A stretch of 64,000 bases of DNA from Podarcis bocagei. Its lineage: Eukaryota. Positions 11,321-24,967 of the stretch are shown here, in pieces (position 1 is the first letter of the stretch; each line of letters starts with the position of its first letter). Position numbers and translations under genes: made by a program. The stretch is taken from assembly GCA_964188305.1 (NCBI GenBank), contig OZ076893.1; one strand, 5' to 3'. The notes beneath the pieces were generated by a model. It was not told where the DNA came from, did no database searches, and saw nothing but the letters and a program-made list of their open reading frames with translations.

Positions 11321-12911
11321 TGTCTGGTGGCTTCTCCTCCTCCTGCTGCATAAGGGAAAGACAGGGGAAGACAGGGGAAGCTGTCCCCAGCCAGTAAGAG
11401 GAGCAGGAGCCATCAGCCATTGAAGCTGTGTTGCTGCTGCATTTGGCTCCACCTCCTAGCTCCTCCCAGCATCCTGACATCACGCACACAGCATCACACA
11501 CAGGGCATTCTCCCCGCCCTCCTCTCCCTTGCAAGTTGGCGCCTCTGATCTTGGGTTTGGATTGCACTGCTCAGTGGGGATCCTCAGTAAATTTCCTTTG
11601 TCGCCATTTCAGTCATCGCAGCGAAGCAACAAAATTCTTGGGATTTTCAGTTAAGAGAATCAAGTGATGGGAAAGACCTGTGCCGCAGCCTCTGGAGAGC
11701 TACTGCCAGTAATACTAGATGATTCCAGGCTGTAAGGAAAAGGTAATCTGACCTGATAGAGTAGAGCTCCCTATGTGACTAACAAACCATGACAAGAAGT
11801 TGCACAAACCTGCCAAAAAGCTTTGGAGACATAGGGCAGGGGAAATGACTTTCACAGCATTATCAATTCATATCCCTACGCAGCAGAACACCTACTGTTG
11901 TCAAGAGGCACCCAGCATGCTAGCTGTATCCATTCTAATTTCATTGCAGCATCCTGATTTGAAAGACAGGTGACAAAAACGTTTCTGTATTGTTACTCAC
12001 TGTGGAAATTCACTATTTAGAAAACAAAAAAGGATGAACATTTAGGGCCTAATTGAACAGCTCCAATAAACTCCTCTCGTGCTCTGTAAGCTCAGTGAAA
12101 TAACACAGTGGGAACACTTTCATGCTTTTTTCTCACTTTTCTTTCTGCAGACCTTCTGAATTTAAAATATTTTAAACTATATTAAATGAGATGCAATATA
12201 TTCATCTTTTATTGGGTTGCCTGAAATGTTACTCATTGTTCATACCACTTTCATATTGAAGGCTTGAGCTTCTGTTAAAGAGAGCACTTCGATTTTTCAC
12301 ATTATGGAAAATACCATATTATTATGATGAATGTGATTTCACTGTAGTCATAGGTCCCTTTGGGAACCTGCTATTTTTGCAGTTTTGAGTAGATTCCTCC
12401 ACCCCAGTGAAGAATTGCCAAAAAGAATAAATAACCCACCATCACTTTCCTTTTGTTGTTGTTGTTTAAATCCTCAGGTGTATATGACTCATCTGTAGCA
12501 ATTTTTGCACATGCTTCCCTGACAATATCCAAAGCCTCTTTGAACACATTTAATGCATCCATTCTTAATGCTCTTAACAGTGCAATGTTGTGCTTGTGAA
12601 CCCAGAAGTAAGTCCCACTGATTTCAGAGAGATTTACTCCCTAGTAAGTCTTGGTAGGCTTGCATCCTAATTCAGGTATGGCCTGTTAGTGGCTCAAGGT
12701 TTGATTCAGCCTATTTATCTGAGTGATTTGCCCACACACATACTCAATGGCTCGACCAAATTTTAATCAACAGGTGATCAATAGATCAGTAGATGATAAA
12801 ATATATTCACTCACGAGGCAAATAAAATTATTAACTGGAAGCAATAGTTCAGGGAATAATTGGGCATATAGAAAGGGGCCAGCCATCAACACTGCAGCTA
12901 TACCACTATAA

Positions 12912-13259
12912 AAGGTAAAGGGACCCCTGACCATTAGGTCCGGTCGTGACCGACTCTGGGGTTGTGGCACTCATCTCGCTTTACTGGCCGAGGGAGCCTG
13001 CGTACAGCTTCCGGGTCATGTGGCCAGCATGACTAATCCGCTTCTGGCGAACCAGAGCAGTGCACGTAAACGCTGTTTACCTTCCCGCCAGAGCGGTACC
13101 TATTTATCTGCTTGCACTTTGACGTGCTTTTGAACTGCTAGGTTGGCAGGAGCAGGGACCGAGCCACGGGAGCTCACCCCATTGTGGGGATTCGAACCGC
13201 CGACCTTCTGATTGGCAAGTCCTAGGCTCTGTGGTTTAACCCACAGTGCTACCCACGTA
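12912..13259 (-). mobile_element. Near full-length Sauria SINE with TSD
   Basis: 12-bp TSD ataccactataa at 12900-12911 and 13260-13271; head and tail as in other copies. Confidence 0.92.
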
Positions 13260-15018
13260 ATACCACTATAATAGCAAGCAATCACCAACAGCCTTGTGCA
13301 GAGCTAGCTGCTGCTTCCTGCTGCTGCTTTTGCACCCTGCCAACCTCCCTGTAGTCTTGTCCCTCTCTGTCCTGATAAGCTGTGAAGCTAATGCAACACC
13401 TCTATCACACCTGGGAAGACATTTCTGGTGCTGCTGAAGCAAGGGTTTACATCCCAAATGTTCTGGGCTCAAGTAGCTCATTCACCTTCTTCACCTTGAG
13501 GAGGAACCTAGCTTCTGAACCTTTGCTATCCCTCATTCTGTCATACCATTTGATAAAATGAAACAGGTGTAGACAGTTGTTGTCATCCCATTCCCAGAGA
13601 ATGAGGTACTTAACAGGCATAGAGAAAGCTTTTATTGGATCAACTAATGTGTATTGCCCCAGTAAAATACATCATCTTTTCTATCGTATATAATTTATAA
13701 ATTAGATAGCACTAATGTAATTTTCAGCTAGATGACTCAATTAAGAAAATATTACCACTTTCTTCTTTAGAGGGTTTTTTTCTTCCAATGGATAGGAGGT
13801 GGGGAGTAAAAAAAGAGATGCATGTAGGTTAAAAAAAATTCAAAAATACGAATAACCTCTTTCCCCCACTGAGCTGGGACTATTGTAACCATAAATACAC
13901 CACCTAATGCCTACAAATCTAATCTGCACTCAGGAGGTTGCAGTGTGTAAACTGAAAAATTCATTATAACCATTGTGGAAAGCCCTATGGAGCATGCACA
14001 GATTCAAGTTCAATTATAATGTATTTCTACATGGCAACACCTCCCAAAGAAATGCAGTGTCGCACATAATTATACAGAAACTAGAGATAACACAAAAGAC
14101 CATCTGTAAGCTTTGAACAGATGTAGCTTTTGAATACTTGGGCTTATCTTGCACTTGAAAATACAAACCTGAAAACAAGTGGGGCTTACCAAAATATCAG
14201 AGGAGGAGCGTTACTTAAGAGAAGCCTGTTTAGAATGTCTCTAGAATGCACAATGTTTTATGCTAAATCAATATGTTCAGTGTGAAATTGAGCATCATTG
14301 TTGCAAGAATTTCACCAGTTAGTTTTTTTGTGTTTTGTTTTTTTGAAAAACGTTTTCTATCAATTTTAATGAGAATTGAAATTGCATTCAAAAATTCTCA
14401 AAGAGGGAAGAAAAAATTAGTGAGATTCTCAGGGGTGGGGTTTAGGGCTTGCCTTACTCCTGAGGTTAAGGGAGGTGGGTTGTGGGTGTTCTTCCCTTCA
14501 TTCTACAAATCTTGTTTCTGGTACTCTTCATGGAAATCTAGCTCAGCTTTTCTGTCAGCATAGGAAGCCAGGAGAATTACCTACCATGCAACTGACAGTG
14601 GTTTCTTCCTTTTGGGGGTGGGTGGGGAGGAATGAAGCCTTTTTGCATTTAAAGAAATAGCACAGTTTTTAAAAAAATAAAGTTAAAAGCAAGAACTTCC
14701 TTTAAAATCAATATAAATAAGTAGACAAATCTCAGGCACTTGGTTGCCAAACTCTACAGGAGTTCATTTCAGATCAAGAAGCACAAGCAACTGGGGAAAA
14801 GGAAAGAAAAACACACACCACCATTGGCCAACTCACAATTGTAAGGTAAGCTCAACCCCATGCTGCAGAAATGCTAAAGGGGCCCATGAATGAGGCATAA
14901 TCATCATCATCACCACCATCCACCTTTTCACAGGAAAAAAAAACCCAATTTCAAATCATTTAAGGGCAGGTTTCACTAGAGTTATCCATGACCAAGACCA
15001 GGATTAGTTGCCTTAAAG

Positions 15019-15154
15019 CAGGCATCCCCAACCTTTGGCCCTCCAGATGTTTTGGACTATAATTTCCATCATCCCTGACCACTGGTCCTGTTAGCTAGGG
15101 ATCATGGGAGTTGTAGGCCAAAACATCTGGAGGGCTGCAGGTTGGGGATGCCTG
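15019..15154. mobile_element. Palindromic hAT (Charlie-like) MITE
   Basis: TIRs CAGGCATCCCCAACCT / AGGTTGGGGATGCCTG; 8-bp TSD ccttaaag/ccttaaat. Confidence 0.9.
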
Positions 15155-15758
15155 CCTTAAATGCTAAAAAAGGTATTGATGGAAGCAATCTTTCCCATTT
15201 CAATAACAGGGGTGTGTGTTTGTGGGTGTTGATTCTGATTCAGGAACATGGTGTGGGACAGGCTAATTGTTACAGCACTCTTCTTCCTAGGCTAGATTAG
15301 TGCACACACGCACACACACACACAACATCTTTGCTGGGTTTATGTTAAAGGAACAATAGCAGTTAAACCATTTGTTTGGCCCTAAGTTGAGCAATGATGG
15401 GATACCAATTGGCGTGGGGAAATGGAAGAGCAAAAGCTTTCCACGATTCAAATACACGAGGCACTAGACAAGAATTTGGTCTGTTTGCCATGAGCAAACT
15501 CTGGACAAAGGGTGAAACCGAAGACAATCCAACCAGGCATGCATCAGTATGCTAGAATATCTTATGCATTACTGCCTGATCACTATAGAAGTGTCTAGAT
15601 TAGCCAAGCAACAAAAATAACTCTTTTGCGTTGGTTTTTTGAGGACATCCTTTTTGTCTTTAGACACACTAGTTCCTTGCCCCGCATCTCAAACCTGTGT
15701 TGTGCATCTCCCACACTGCTAGAATGTGTTCTTTGGTCTACACCACAGAGCAACAAAC

Positions 15759-15759
<1 letters not shown>

Positions 15760-15808
<49 letters not shown>
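15760..15808. repeat. (TTA)n microsatellite
   Basis: Directly visible. Confidence 0.95.
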
Positions 15809-15809
<1 letters not shown>

Positions 15810-16362
15810 GGCCAGGCTCTGTTTCTTGATTATTTCATTCAATCTGAAATTTTGGTAAAGTGAAGAGGCATGCAGGGTGGGGTGGAGCTGCAGACAGGCG
15901 GCTGCTGCTTAGAGGGGAGGGAGAGGGGAAAGTTGCCAGGGAGGTCAGGTCAGTGTAAACACACTGGCAAGGCCGCCAGGTTGGTTCCACCGGCACACTT
16001 GCATCATGCTGACCTCCTCACCACTTTGCCCCTCTCCCTCCCTGTACGCAACATTGACCTACATGCAGGAAAGCTACCATAGTAGCTCTGAGCTATTTGA
16101 TGGAACGAGTCCGTTCTGCCCCAAATTTTCAGAACCTGGCGGTCCTACTCACCTTTCATCCACACTCTCAAGAAATTGTACAAACTGAACAGGTGATGGG
16201 AACAGAACTGCATTCCTCCTCACCATGCATGGCCTGGCCTTGATTAAGGACATCTGAACTAACATCCAGTTGCAGTGAGTGCAAAAAAATAAAAAAGAAA
16301 AAGAAAGATGGCATGTAGAAACATCCATCCATGGCTATCTGCAAGCCTATTACACTTTATAC

Positions 16363-16498
16363 CAGTCATAGGCAAACTTGGCCCTCCAGATGTTTTGGGA
16401 CTACAGCTCCCATCATCCCTAGCTAACAGGACCGGTGGCCAAGGATGATGGGAGTTTTAGTCCCAAAACATCTGGAGGACTAAGTTTTCCTATGTCTG
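16363..16498. mobile_element. Palindromic hAT MITE (same core as 15019-15154)
   Basis: Perfect 8-bp TSD ctttatac at 16355-16362 and 16499-16506. Older relatives at ~18050-18187, ~22753-22897, ~23438-23580, ~26468-26602 and ~44447-44586. Confidence 0.88.
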
Positions 16499-17425
16499 CT
16501 TTATACTGAACATGATGGGACAGGATGGATCAAAATGAGAGCATAGTATACTATCTGTGAGGATGTTTGACAGATATAGTTCACAGATTTTAATAATGCC
16601 ATACCTTATCACAGCTCCCATCACCATAAGCACACTTAGGATCCAACTCATTACTTTTCAATGTGTGACTTAATAGAATATTTGTTTTGGGATTCCCCCC
16701 CCCCTTGAAGAAGGAAATGGTTTTATTTTACATCAGGTGAACAAGATTTGCTATCATTTCAAAAGAAAGATTATGCACGAAGCAGCCAAACCTCCTGTCC
16801 TACATAAAACACTGACTATATTTTACAACAGTTAAATTTACTTTGTATTTCATCCAAATTATTGCAACCAAATTGCATACAGTTTACATAGCTTTCTTTT
16901 TTCTCATGGGTTAGTGAGATGTGGTTAAGCAGAGCTGTGCCTTAAAGAGAGATCACAAATGATAAAGACATGGCCCTGTTTCTGCGACCTTCTTTAAAAA
17001 CTCCCTGCTGAGTCACAGTTTTCAACATCAAAGTTGTAAAGAAGTCTTAAATTAACTCCCTTTTATTAAGAAATGATTGACAATAGTTTCTTGATGGAAA
17101 ATGACTCTAGCAAGGCGCACAGTTAACTAGTAATGCCAGAATGGGAATTAAAAGATGTTACATGTAGAACAATGAGTTTATATAAATAGAACTGCTGGGC
17201 ATGCTACGGAAGGAAGGAAGCTCTCTTAATAATCTACTCAAGTCCATGCTTGACTTTGGCATTAAGGGAGCCGTATTAGTCACTGCTGAGCCAAACAAGG
17301 CAGTCCCGTGGCCTGCTTTCTGATCACCAAGGCTGCTTTTCAGATGTCTATACACACCGCAGCATGAGTCCTGGTGTGTGAAGTGAAGTAATGCCAGTAG
17401 GCCAATTAAACTTGCTGATGTATTT

Positions 17426-17875
17426 GCAATAACAGCAGCAAGAATATTATTGGCCCAAAAATGGAAGCAAGAAGAATTACCGCCGATTGAAGAATGGAGG
17501 ATGAAGTTAATGGACTATGCAGAACTAGATAAATTAACAGGAAGCATTCGAAACGGGAGGGACCAGAAATTCACGGAAGACTGGAGTAAATTTACAGACT
17601 ATTGGAAAAGTATTTGTGAAGATCAGATGATGTTTGTAGTTTTGCAAGTAGTTTTGTGAGGAGTATTATTGGAAGTATTGCAAAAATGGAGAAGGGGAAG
17701 GATGATTTGTTAAGAGATGTAAAGGCAATATAAAGTTAAGAAATGCATAAGAAGTGGTTAAAACAGTGGATCATCAGAGGTGTTGATGGAAGTCTTAAAA
17801 GATTGTATAAGTTTTGTGGTACATTTTATAATTTATATGTTAAAATCAATAAAAATTATTTTAAAAAATAAAAAA
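17426..17875 (+). mobile_element. 5'-truncated L1 (end of ORF2, 3' UTR, A-rich tail)
   Basis: Encodes ITAARILLAQKWKQEELPPIEEWRMKLMDYAELDKLT, typical of squamate L1 ORF2 C-termini. AATAAA and A-rich tail; 19-bp TSD taaacttgct(g/a)atgtattt at 17407-17425 and 17876-17894. Confidence 0.88.
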
Positions 17876-18271
17876 TAAACTTGCTAATGTATTTATAATT
17901 AATGATATATTTCCTTCCTCCTTTAGAAAAGTTATTCAATCAGCTGTTTCTCCAACTGCACCCTGCCCAATGCACACACACAACCCTCGGACACAACCTT
18001 GTCTTCCCAATGTCTACCTCACCACCTTTGGAGCAAGGTCCCTCAACCATAGGAATGAGGAATCAATGGCCCTCCAAATATAGTTGGGCTACAAGTTCCA
18101 TAATACCAGACCTTTGGTCATGCTGCCTGCGACTGATGGGAGTTGGAGTCAAGCAACTTCCGGAGGACCACAGGTTCTCCATTCCTGCTAAACGCACACA
18201 ACTGTGGAAACCCTCTCCACCACCCCACCCCCCAAGACAAAGGCACCTCCATTTTGAGACCCAAACTATGC

Positions 18272-18518
18272 TGTTATGTACTGAAGTTCTCACCCTGGGC
18301 CAGCAGGGGAATACTGTAGATAGTTATGCAAATAAGGGATCGAAAGTGACGTTCAGTGATTGGATAGTTTTAGAAAATTGTTACAGTTACATTGTACTGG
18401 AGCTCTATATAAGCAGGCTGACTGAACCCTTCAGTTCAGTTCTGTTCTGGCCTGTGAATAAACAAGAGCTGTTTGAAGAATCGCTGTGTCGTCTGATATG
18501 TTCACCCACAACTTAACA
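18272..18518 (+). mobile_element. Solo LTR, 247 bp (Gypsy-like)
   Basis: TGTTA...TAACA termini; 5-bp TSD tatgc; ATTGG, TATATAA (18406) and AATAAA (18457) in LTR order. Confidence 0.92.
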
Positions 18519-19870
18519 TATGCCACTCTGAAATCAGACTTAATTTCACTCCCTTTAGTGAATGCATACTTTTCTCCACCTATGTACTGACCTGATTTGT
18601 TTGCACAGTTATATGGCACCCACCGTTGACTGAGAATTCATTCAGATCTGTTTGCAGGGTGCTTAGGAAACATCACAGCACACAATTGTTATCTCACACT
18701 TTGCAGTGTGCTTTCCCATCACTTTCCTTGCTGCAAAAAGACATGGTGGGGGAGGGGAGAAGTGAAGGTGTTCCGCAAGTACACAAAAGTCTGGAAGTGG
18801 TCTTGCACAATTTGAAATAAGCATGTCTTCCAACTGAAAAGACACTCGGCAGCTTCTGCAAAGGCAGTGTCATTAAAGATGCTGTGTCGTGTAGAATGAC
18901 CTGCTGTAGGAATCTGCAGATGTGTTGGAAATAGATTAGAAGAGCATAATTTATCATTATCGCCCTTCTTCAGTTATTATTAGTAAACCTCCACGTCCCA
19001 CTTTGTCCGGCAAAGTTAAAAGACCTTGCTCCCTTGTTTAAACTTTATTTATATATTTCCCAAATCAGTTACACTGCTCTCAAGCTGAATTAAGCCAGGT
19101 AAGCAAACTGTGGCTATTAGAAGCTGATGTAGCAGTCTCCAGCCCATTAATTAATCTTGCTGAGTGGAGTGATCTCTCCTGAACTGTTTTCCAAGGTATA
19201 TCTTGGACTTTAATGCCACACTGCATTTCTAGCAGACACATACAACCATGTTTTGACTTCCATCCAGATGCTCTGTACCAACTTTGACATTTGAATTTCA
19301 TGAGATGACTACTACGGAAAGAAGTGTGTTGGGCAAAAGGACTCCAGCAGTTCACAAATCCAATACCAAACTGACCTAGATAAAGAGTTCATTGGTCAAG
19401 CAGAAGAGTTTGAGTGATATATAGCAATACATAAATCCTGACCGATAATTGTCACCTCATCATGCTTCACCAGACCTATTGCAAAATCTGTATCAGAAGT
19501 CCCATCACTGAGTGTGTGTGCAGTCTTTAAAATTTAAATATGTCCCTTTTGAGAGTATTTTTAAATAAATAAATAAATCAGGTTACTGTGGAAATAGAAC
19601 AGAATGTAATTATGGAAAAACACATGCAAAAGGGACATGGATCAGCAATGGACAGATTCACACATCCATGGCAATTTCCAACCTTTCATATGCTAGGATA
19701 CAGAAACTACATTTATCTACAGCACAATTTAAGACCTCTCTGAAGTTTACATAAGTTAGCTTTGTTTTAATTCCAGTATTATTTAGGTTTGAAGTAAGGG
19801 TTTGATCCAGATTCCACCATGCTTACAGTAGATACATTGAAATAAAATAAGACATAAGTTCAATGACTAA

Positions 19871-20138
19871 GGGCTACCTTTGCTCTGCAGGTCCATGCTT
19901 TAAAGCTCTCTTTGAAGATCCCTATCTGAAAGCCTTTTTTGCCCCTACACTTTCCCTGGGAAAACCTTCTCTTTACCACTGATAAGAAAACGTGAATCAC
20001 CATTTGTTTTGATTCAGTATTAAAGTGTGTGTTCTCCTAGGGAAAGCTGTGGGGCAAAAAAAGTGTTTGGACACAGACCAGGAAAACACAAACCTGTGCC
20101 TCAAAAGCATGGGACAAAAGTTAAGTGTGGATGAGCCC
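19871..20138. mobile_element. PIF/Harbinger-like palindromic MITE
   Basis: GGGCT...AGCCC termini flanked by TAA on both sides; internal inverted arms tttttgcccctacactttccctggg / cctagggaaagctgtggggcaaaaa. Confidence 0.65.
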
Positions 20139-20142
20139 TAAC

Positions 20143-20627
20143 TGAAGTTCCGTCGATTTCGGTAAGCATGATGAAGTCTGGAACCAGTGAAGTGAAGGAC
20201 ATGAGGCAGGAGTTGGTAATGCAGGCGAGCTATGCACAAGCAAGCTGCCAGCTAGCTCTGTGGAGGCTCCTTTTATTGACACAATATGCAAACCCAGACA
20301 GATACATTTTTGGCTGTGACCTTTACACATCTTCCAGTCCCGAGATTGTGGAGTGGTACAAAGTTATTTTGGCACCTGTTTTCCCCGTGTCATTTTCCCC
20401 TTGCACAATGTATGACGAAGGAGACAAAGGTCTCAGAGACAAAGGTCACAGGCAGGACACGGCAGACTACTGACACCACAAAAGGTTAGACAGAGGGCAA
20501 GATGTTCAGACAGCTGTGGCTTTATCTGTGAGGGGGAGTGTACTCCGTACCCCAAGGTCACACGTGCAGACAGCTGAGTCTGCCCGTGAGTGGGAGTGTG
20601 CTCCACAACCCAGCGATCATTCCTACA
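20143..20627 (-). mobile_element. Possible solo LTR (ERV-like)
   Basis: TG...CA termini, AATAAA on minus at ~20272-20277, distinct composition; TSD not clean (taac vs aacc). Confidence 0.4.
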
Positions 20628-22434
20628 AACCAGCCCTATGTGTTTGAAACCCAACACTCCTATGTGTGGTGGAGTTGTGTTTCCCTAGAAACCTTGCAGC
20701 TGGCACGTGCGCAAGGCAATTGACCACAATGCATGCATCTAGTGATGTTTGGTTCTTTCTCTTTCTCTTTCACCATTTTCTTATTTTAACCCCCCAGAAA
20801 CTTATTATTGTTAATGCACAAAAAATACAGGCACCATATAAACACTGACCTGCAGCAATGACCAACAAGCCACAAACAAGTAAGGGAGTGGGCAAACTGA
20901 CTGTTCAGATATCTGAATCTGTGGTATATAGCAAGGACTGGGCATAATTCCTTATGTTTGGATAACTGAATTTGTGCATAACAAGGGGATGGATAGTGCA
21001 ACCTGAATATACTCATGTGATTGGTCCCACCAGCACGGCTCTGGGCCTGTAAATATTCTGAAAGCAGAGTGACCCCAGGGCTAAATGGCTCACACCCCAC
21101 TCCTAAAACTTTTGAAGAACCTGCTTTCCTTTTTTTGGAAACATCACTGACAGAGCTTATACTATAGGAGCATCTTCTTCATTTATACATGGCATCTACT
21201 CCCAATGCACCCACCAATCATATTTTACTTATTCATTTAATATCATTTTGGGGCTGCTTCTTCGCTAAGATAAGAATTCCATAAACAAGACCTAAACTTC
21301 AAATTGTGCTTGTATACAGTTTCTATTAACCTTCAAAGATGACCTTCTTTGCCCATAAGCCTACCATTTATTTTACACCGATTTATCTGTCATTTCGTAA
21401 CTCAGTTGTCCTTGACTATTATATCTCTTTCATCATACTTAGCTTTGCTGTACACTCAGTGTACAGCAATATACCTGAAGTTTCACAAAGTTCTATGGGA
21501 CTACTCAAGAGAAAGCAGTAATGTGAATGGATGTATTTCTGGCCAGAAGTCTCTACAAAGCATGGATTTAAACAATGTGATCTATCATTAGGATTGAAAA
21601 TCCTATATAACAATACAATGAGATTGCCATTTGTCAACCCCTATTCTAAATGGGCTGTTTAAAATGTGCACAACAAATTATGTTTTATTTGCAAAATATG
21701 AGGAAGTTATGCCCTCGTTGATTTCAATCCAAAAACCTTTAGCGTCAAACTCTACATAGAGAATCTAGCTGCAGGAATAACCCACCTGATTTTCCAAAAC
21801 TTTGCTTCACTTCAATTCCTCCTGAAGCAGGAATTTAATTCATCCTAGGCTGATTTAATGCATGACTCCCAGTTGCTAATTAGTCTTTAGAGACCATTCG
21901 AAGTATGTCAATTATCTCCGGTCTAAGTTTCATAACAACAACACTAAAAAGAAAAAAGGGGAGGGGGAGAGATAAGGTCACCTTGCTTCTTCATTAATGA
22001 GCAATTGTGAAAAGTTTCAGCTAAAGGGAAGCTCAAGACAATGTGGTGTGAGATCTTTGAATAGAAATATGGTACAGCTGTGTGGCCCTTAGAAAGTGCA
22101 GCTAGCCATATATAGAATGTGACCTAAAGGCATCCTCATCTAATTGTTCTCTCTGGGCAATAAGAGTTTCTCAGCAAAGGAACCTACGACAAAATGTCAA
22201 GATGTATTAGGAGGCTCATTGCATGAATGATGTCAAATCTTTGTTATTTATAGAACGACCTCGCTGACTCACATGCTCAAAATGGTTAGGGTACTTCCAT
22301 GGCTTAGAAAGCAGAAATTTAAAATGCACATAGGCTGTGTGTACATTTAAAGCAGATGACTCCCCCCCCCCAAAAAAAATCAAATAATAATAATATGGGA
22401 ACTGTGGTATGTTAAGGATGCTGGGAGTTGTATC

Positions 22435-22681
22435 TGTTAAGTTGTGGGTGAACATATCAGATGATATAGCGATTCTTCAAACAGCTCTTGTTTATTCACA
22501 GGCCAGAACAGAACTGAACTGAAGGGTTCAGTCAGCCTGCTTATATAAAGCTCCAGTACAATGTAACTGTAACAATTTTCTAAAACTATCCAATCACTGA
22601 ACGTCACTTTCGATCCCTTATTTGCATAACTATCTACAGTATCCCCCTGCTGGCCCAGGGTGAGAACTTCAGTACATAACA
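22435..22681 (-). mobile_element. Solo LTR, second copy of the 18272 family
   Basis: Reverse complement of 18272-18518 with ~5 substitutions; own 5-bp TSD gtatc (22430-22434, 22682-22686). Confidence 0.92.
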
Positions 22682-24967
22682 GTATCTCTGTAAGGGGTCA
22701 ACTATGGTTCCTAAATGTTTTAAACGTATAGTGTACATGCAGCCATAGTCTATGAAAGGGGTGGGGGACTTGGAATCTTTTAGATGTTGTTGAATTCCAT
22801 CTCCCATCAGGCCCAACTAGCATAGTCAATAGTCAGGGTCAGAGATGATGGGAATTGGAGTCCAACAAAATCTGGAGGACCACACATTCCTTTCTCCCAT
22901 AAAATAGGGATAACATTAGTTTCTCCCTCAATATCATCACACCACCAACAACAGAAGATTTTGGGTATGTATGAATTAATCGAAGCCACCATGATTACTG
23001 AAAAAAATCTAAAAGTTGAAGATTTTTATATATCTATTTTTTATACCTATATCTGCAAACCCAAAGGTCAGGCAGGACTTAAAAGCAAATCAAGCCTCTC
23101 GTGGGAAGAGAAAGAAGACAGCAGATCTTCATCAGGTTAGAGCTTAGCCCATCAAAACAGATTGTTGTTGCACCCACTCCATGCAGCAACCATAACTGGG
23201 AGAAAAATTACCAACTGGGTTGCAGCCTTCATTGAAATGAATGTCTCACCTCCACATGTGCACAAGATATGAGCATGTGAATTCATGTAAGGTGATGGTT
23301 TCAGACTCTATGCTGAGAAAACTTATGGTTCCTTGGGGACTTCAAATGAGTAGATTGGCATTTACAGACAAGGTCAAAAGAGTTCTGTGTTTGTTTTAGG
23401 GTATAGCCTTAATTCTTGCAAGGCAAAAAATAGCTAATGTGTGGCTCACTAGATGATGTTGGACTCAAACTTCCATTAGCACCAGTCAGCATGGTCAATG
23501 ATCAGGGAGGATGGGAGTTGGAGTCCAACTGATGAAGCCCAGGATGGTGAAACAAGGCCAATATTCCGGAAATCCTTGTCTTAGACTTTGTGAAAGGATT
23601 TTGTGGAACTGTAACAACCTTTCATGTGGATGGTTTGGACTTTATGAACAGGTGGAATGGACACTATTACACTATTACACGGATGGACCTTATGCATGAA
23701 CTGACTATAGAATGATCTGATCCAATGGGTCTTCTGCTTTGTTTGTTTGTTGAACTTTATGAGTTACTTCTGCTGAAATTTACAATTTGATACTATGAAT
23801 AGTATATCTTATTTATCTAAGAACACAGCCGGTTACGTCTCATGTGTTTATTGAGTATGCTTTACGTGACCATAGGTTTGTTTGCTGTTGCTGTGTCTAT
23901 TGCAGACAAATTGCTGTAAAAAGTTTTCCTAGAGGGTAGAAAGTCTGGAAACTACTGGCGTCAGCAATAATTCTGTATCCTTCACACAACGAAAGCCATT
24001 TCAGTAGAGCGCATTTTAAATATTCTTCTTTTTCCCCTCTCCTTACATACTTAGCATTTTCCTATTTCCTAGTTGCTAAGAGAAATGGAGTTAGATAATT
24101 CCCTTCTGATATACTGTGTATGTAATGAAGAAGACATAAAATGATTCTGAAGTTGCTAGTAGTTTACTTCAGCTTTCTTTCAAATCTTGATGAGCATTTC
24201 CTTTACTGCAATTATGAGTTATTTTAGTCAAGAAAAGCTGCAGCATAGGAGAAAAGAAAAAGCAAGGGGAGACAAAAATGAAAAGATATTATGTAATGAC
24301 TAAGTACTGGTTTAACAGTAGGGGCGGAAAGACATTATGAAGTATTCATCACAGTCATCTTCCTGCAACAGACAAAAAAGGTAAGCATGGTACCAAAATT
24401 CTCCTCATCTGAATTATTTTTAATGGATTTTGTCATTTTGAATGATGCTGTCTTGTTGCTGAAGGGGAATTGATCTATTCGGAATCTTCCACTGTTCTGT
24501 TTTTCCCCTTTATATTACTAACATTCATATGTGTGCTGATAAAACATTCTAAACAAAGCCACCTTGGTGTGACTGTACATATGGGTGCATCACGAATCCT
24601 TGTGCGTAGTCCAAAAACAGGACTGTATACTCAGTAAAACACCACAAGAATATTGATGCAACCGTGTGTAATATCAAATCGCTGTCACTTTTTTGTAGAG
24701 TTTTATCAATGTGAGCATGCAGATCCATAACACAGAAGGGTGGACAAATGGAAGTGTAGGCAAGAGAGAAATGTGCAGAAGATATTTTTATTTGAATGGG
24801 CCAGACATATCCTCCCCCCCCCCCATGGTTACATTCAGATCTGCTTCCCTGGCCCCCAGCCATACAAAAGCACACTCAGTCAGAAGCTTGCCTGATCTGT
24901 CAAGGTGGACATCATCTGCATTGCTATCCAATCTTGATTGTCCATGAATCAACATTCTAATGTACTT

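Noticed and set aside
12371-12562. Helical-looking peptide MDALNVFKEALDIVREACAKIATDESY
   Set aside because: No family recognised and no convincing splice sites; only a TBLASTN hit could rescue it.
17902-18516. 204-aa ORF
   Set aside because: It runs through unique DNA, a MITE and a solo LTR with no recognisable domain; a chance open frame.
18272-22681. Single provirus or composite transposon bounded by the two LTR copies
   Set aside because: The copies are inverted, each has its own distinct TSD, and no gag/pol lies between them.
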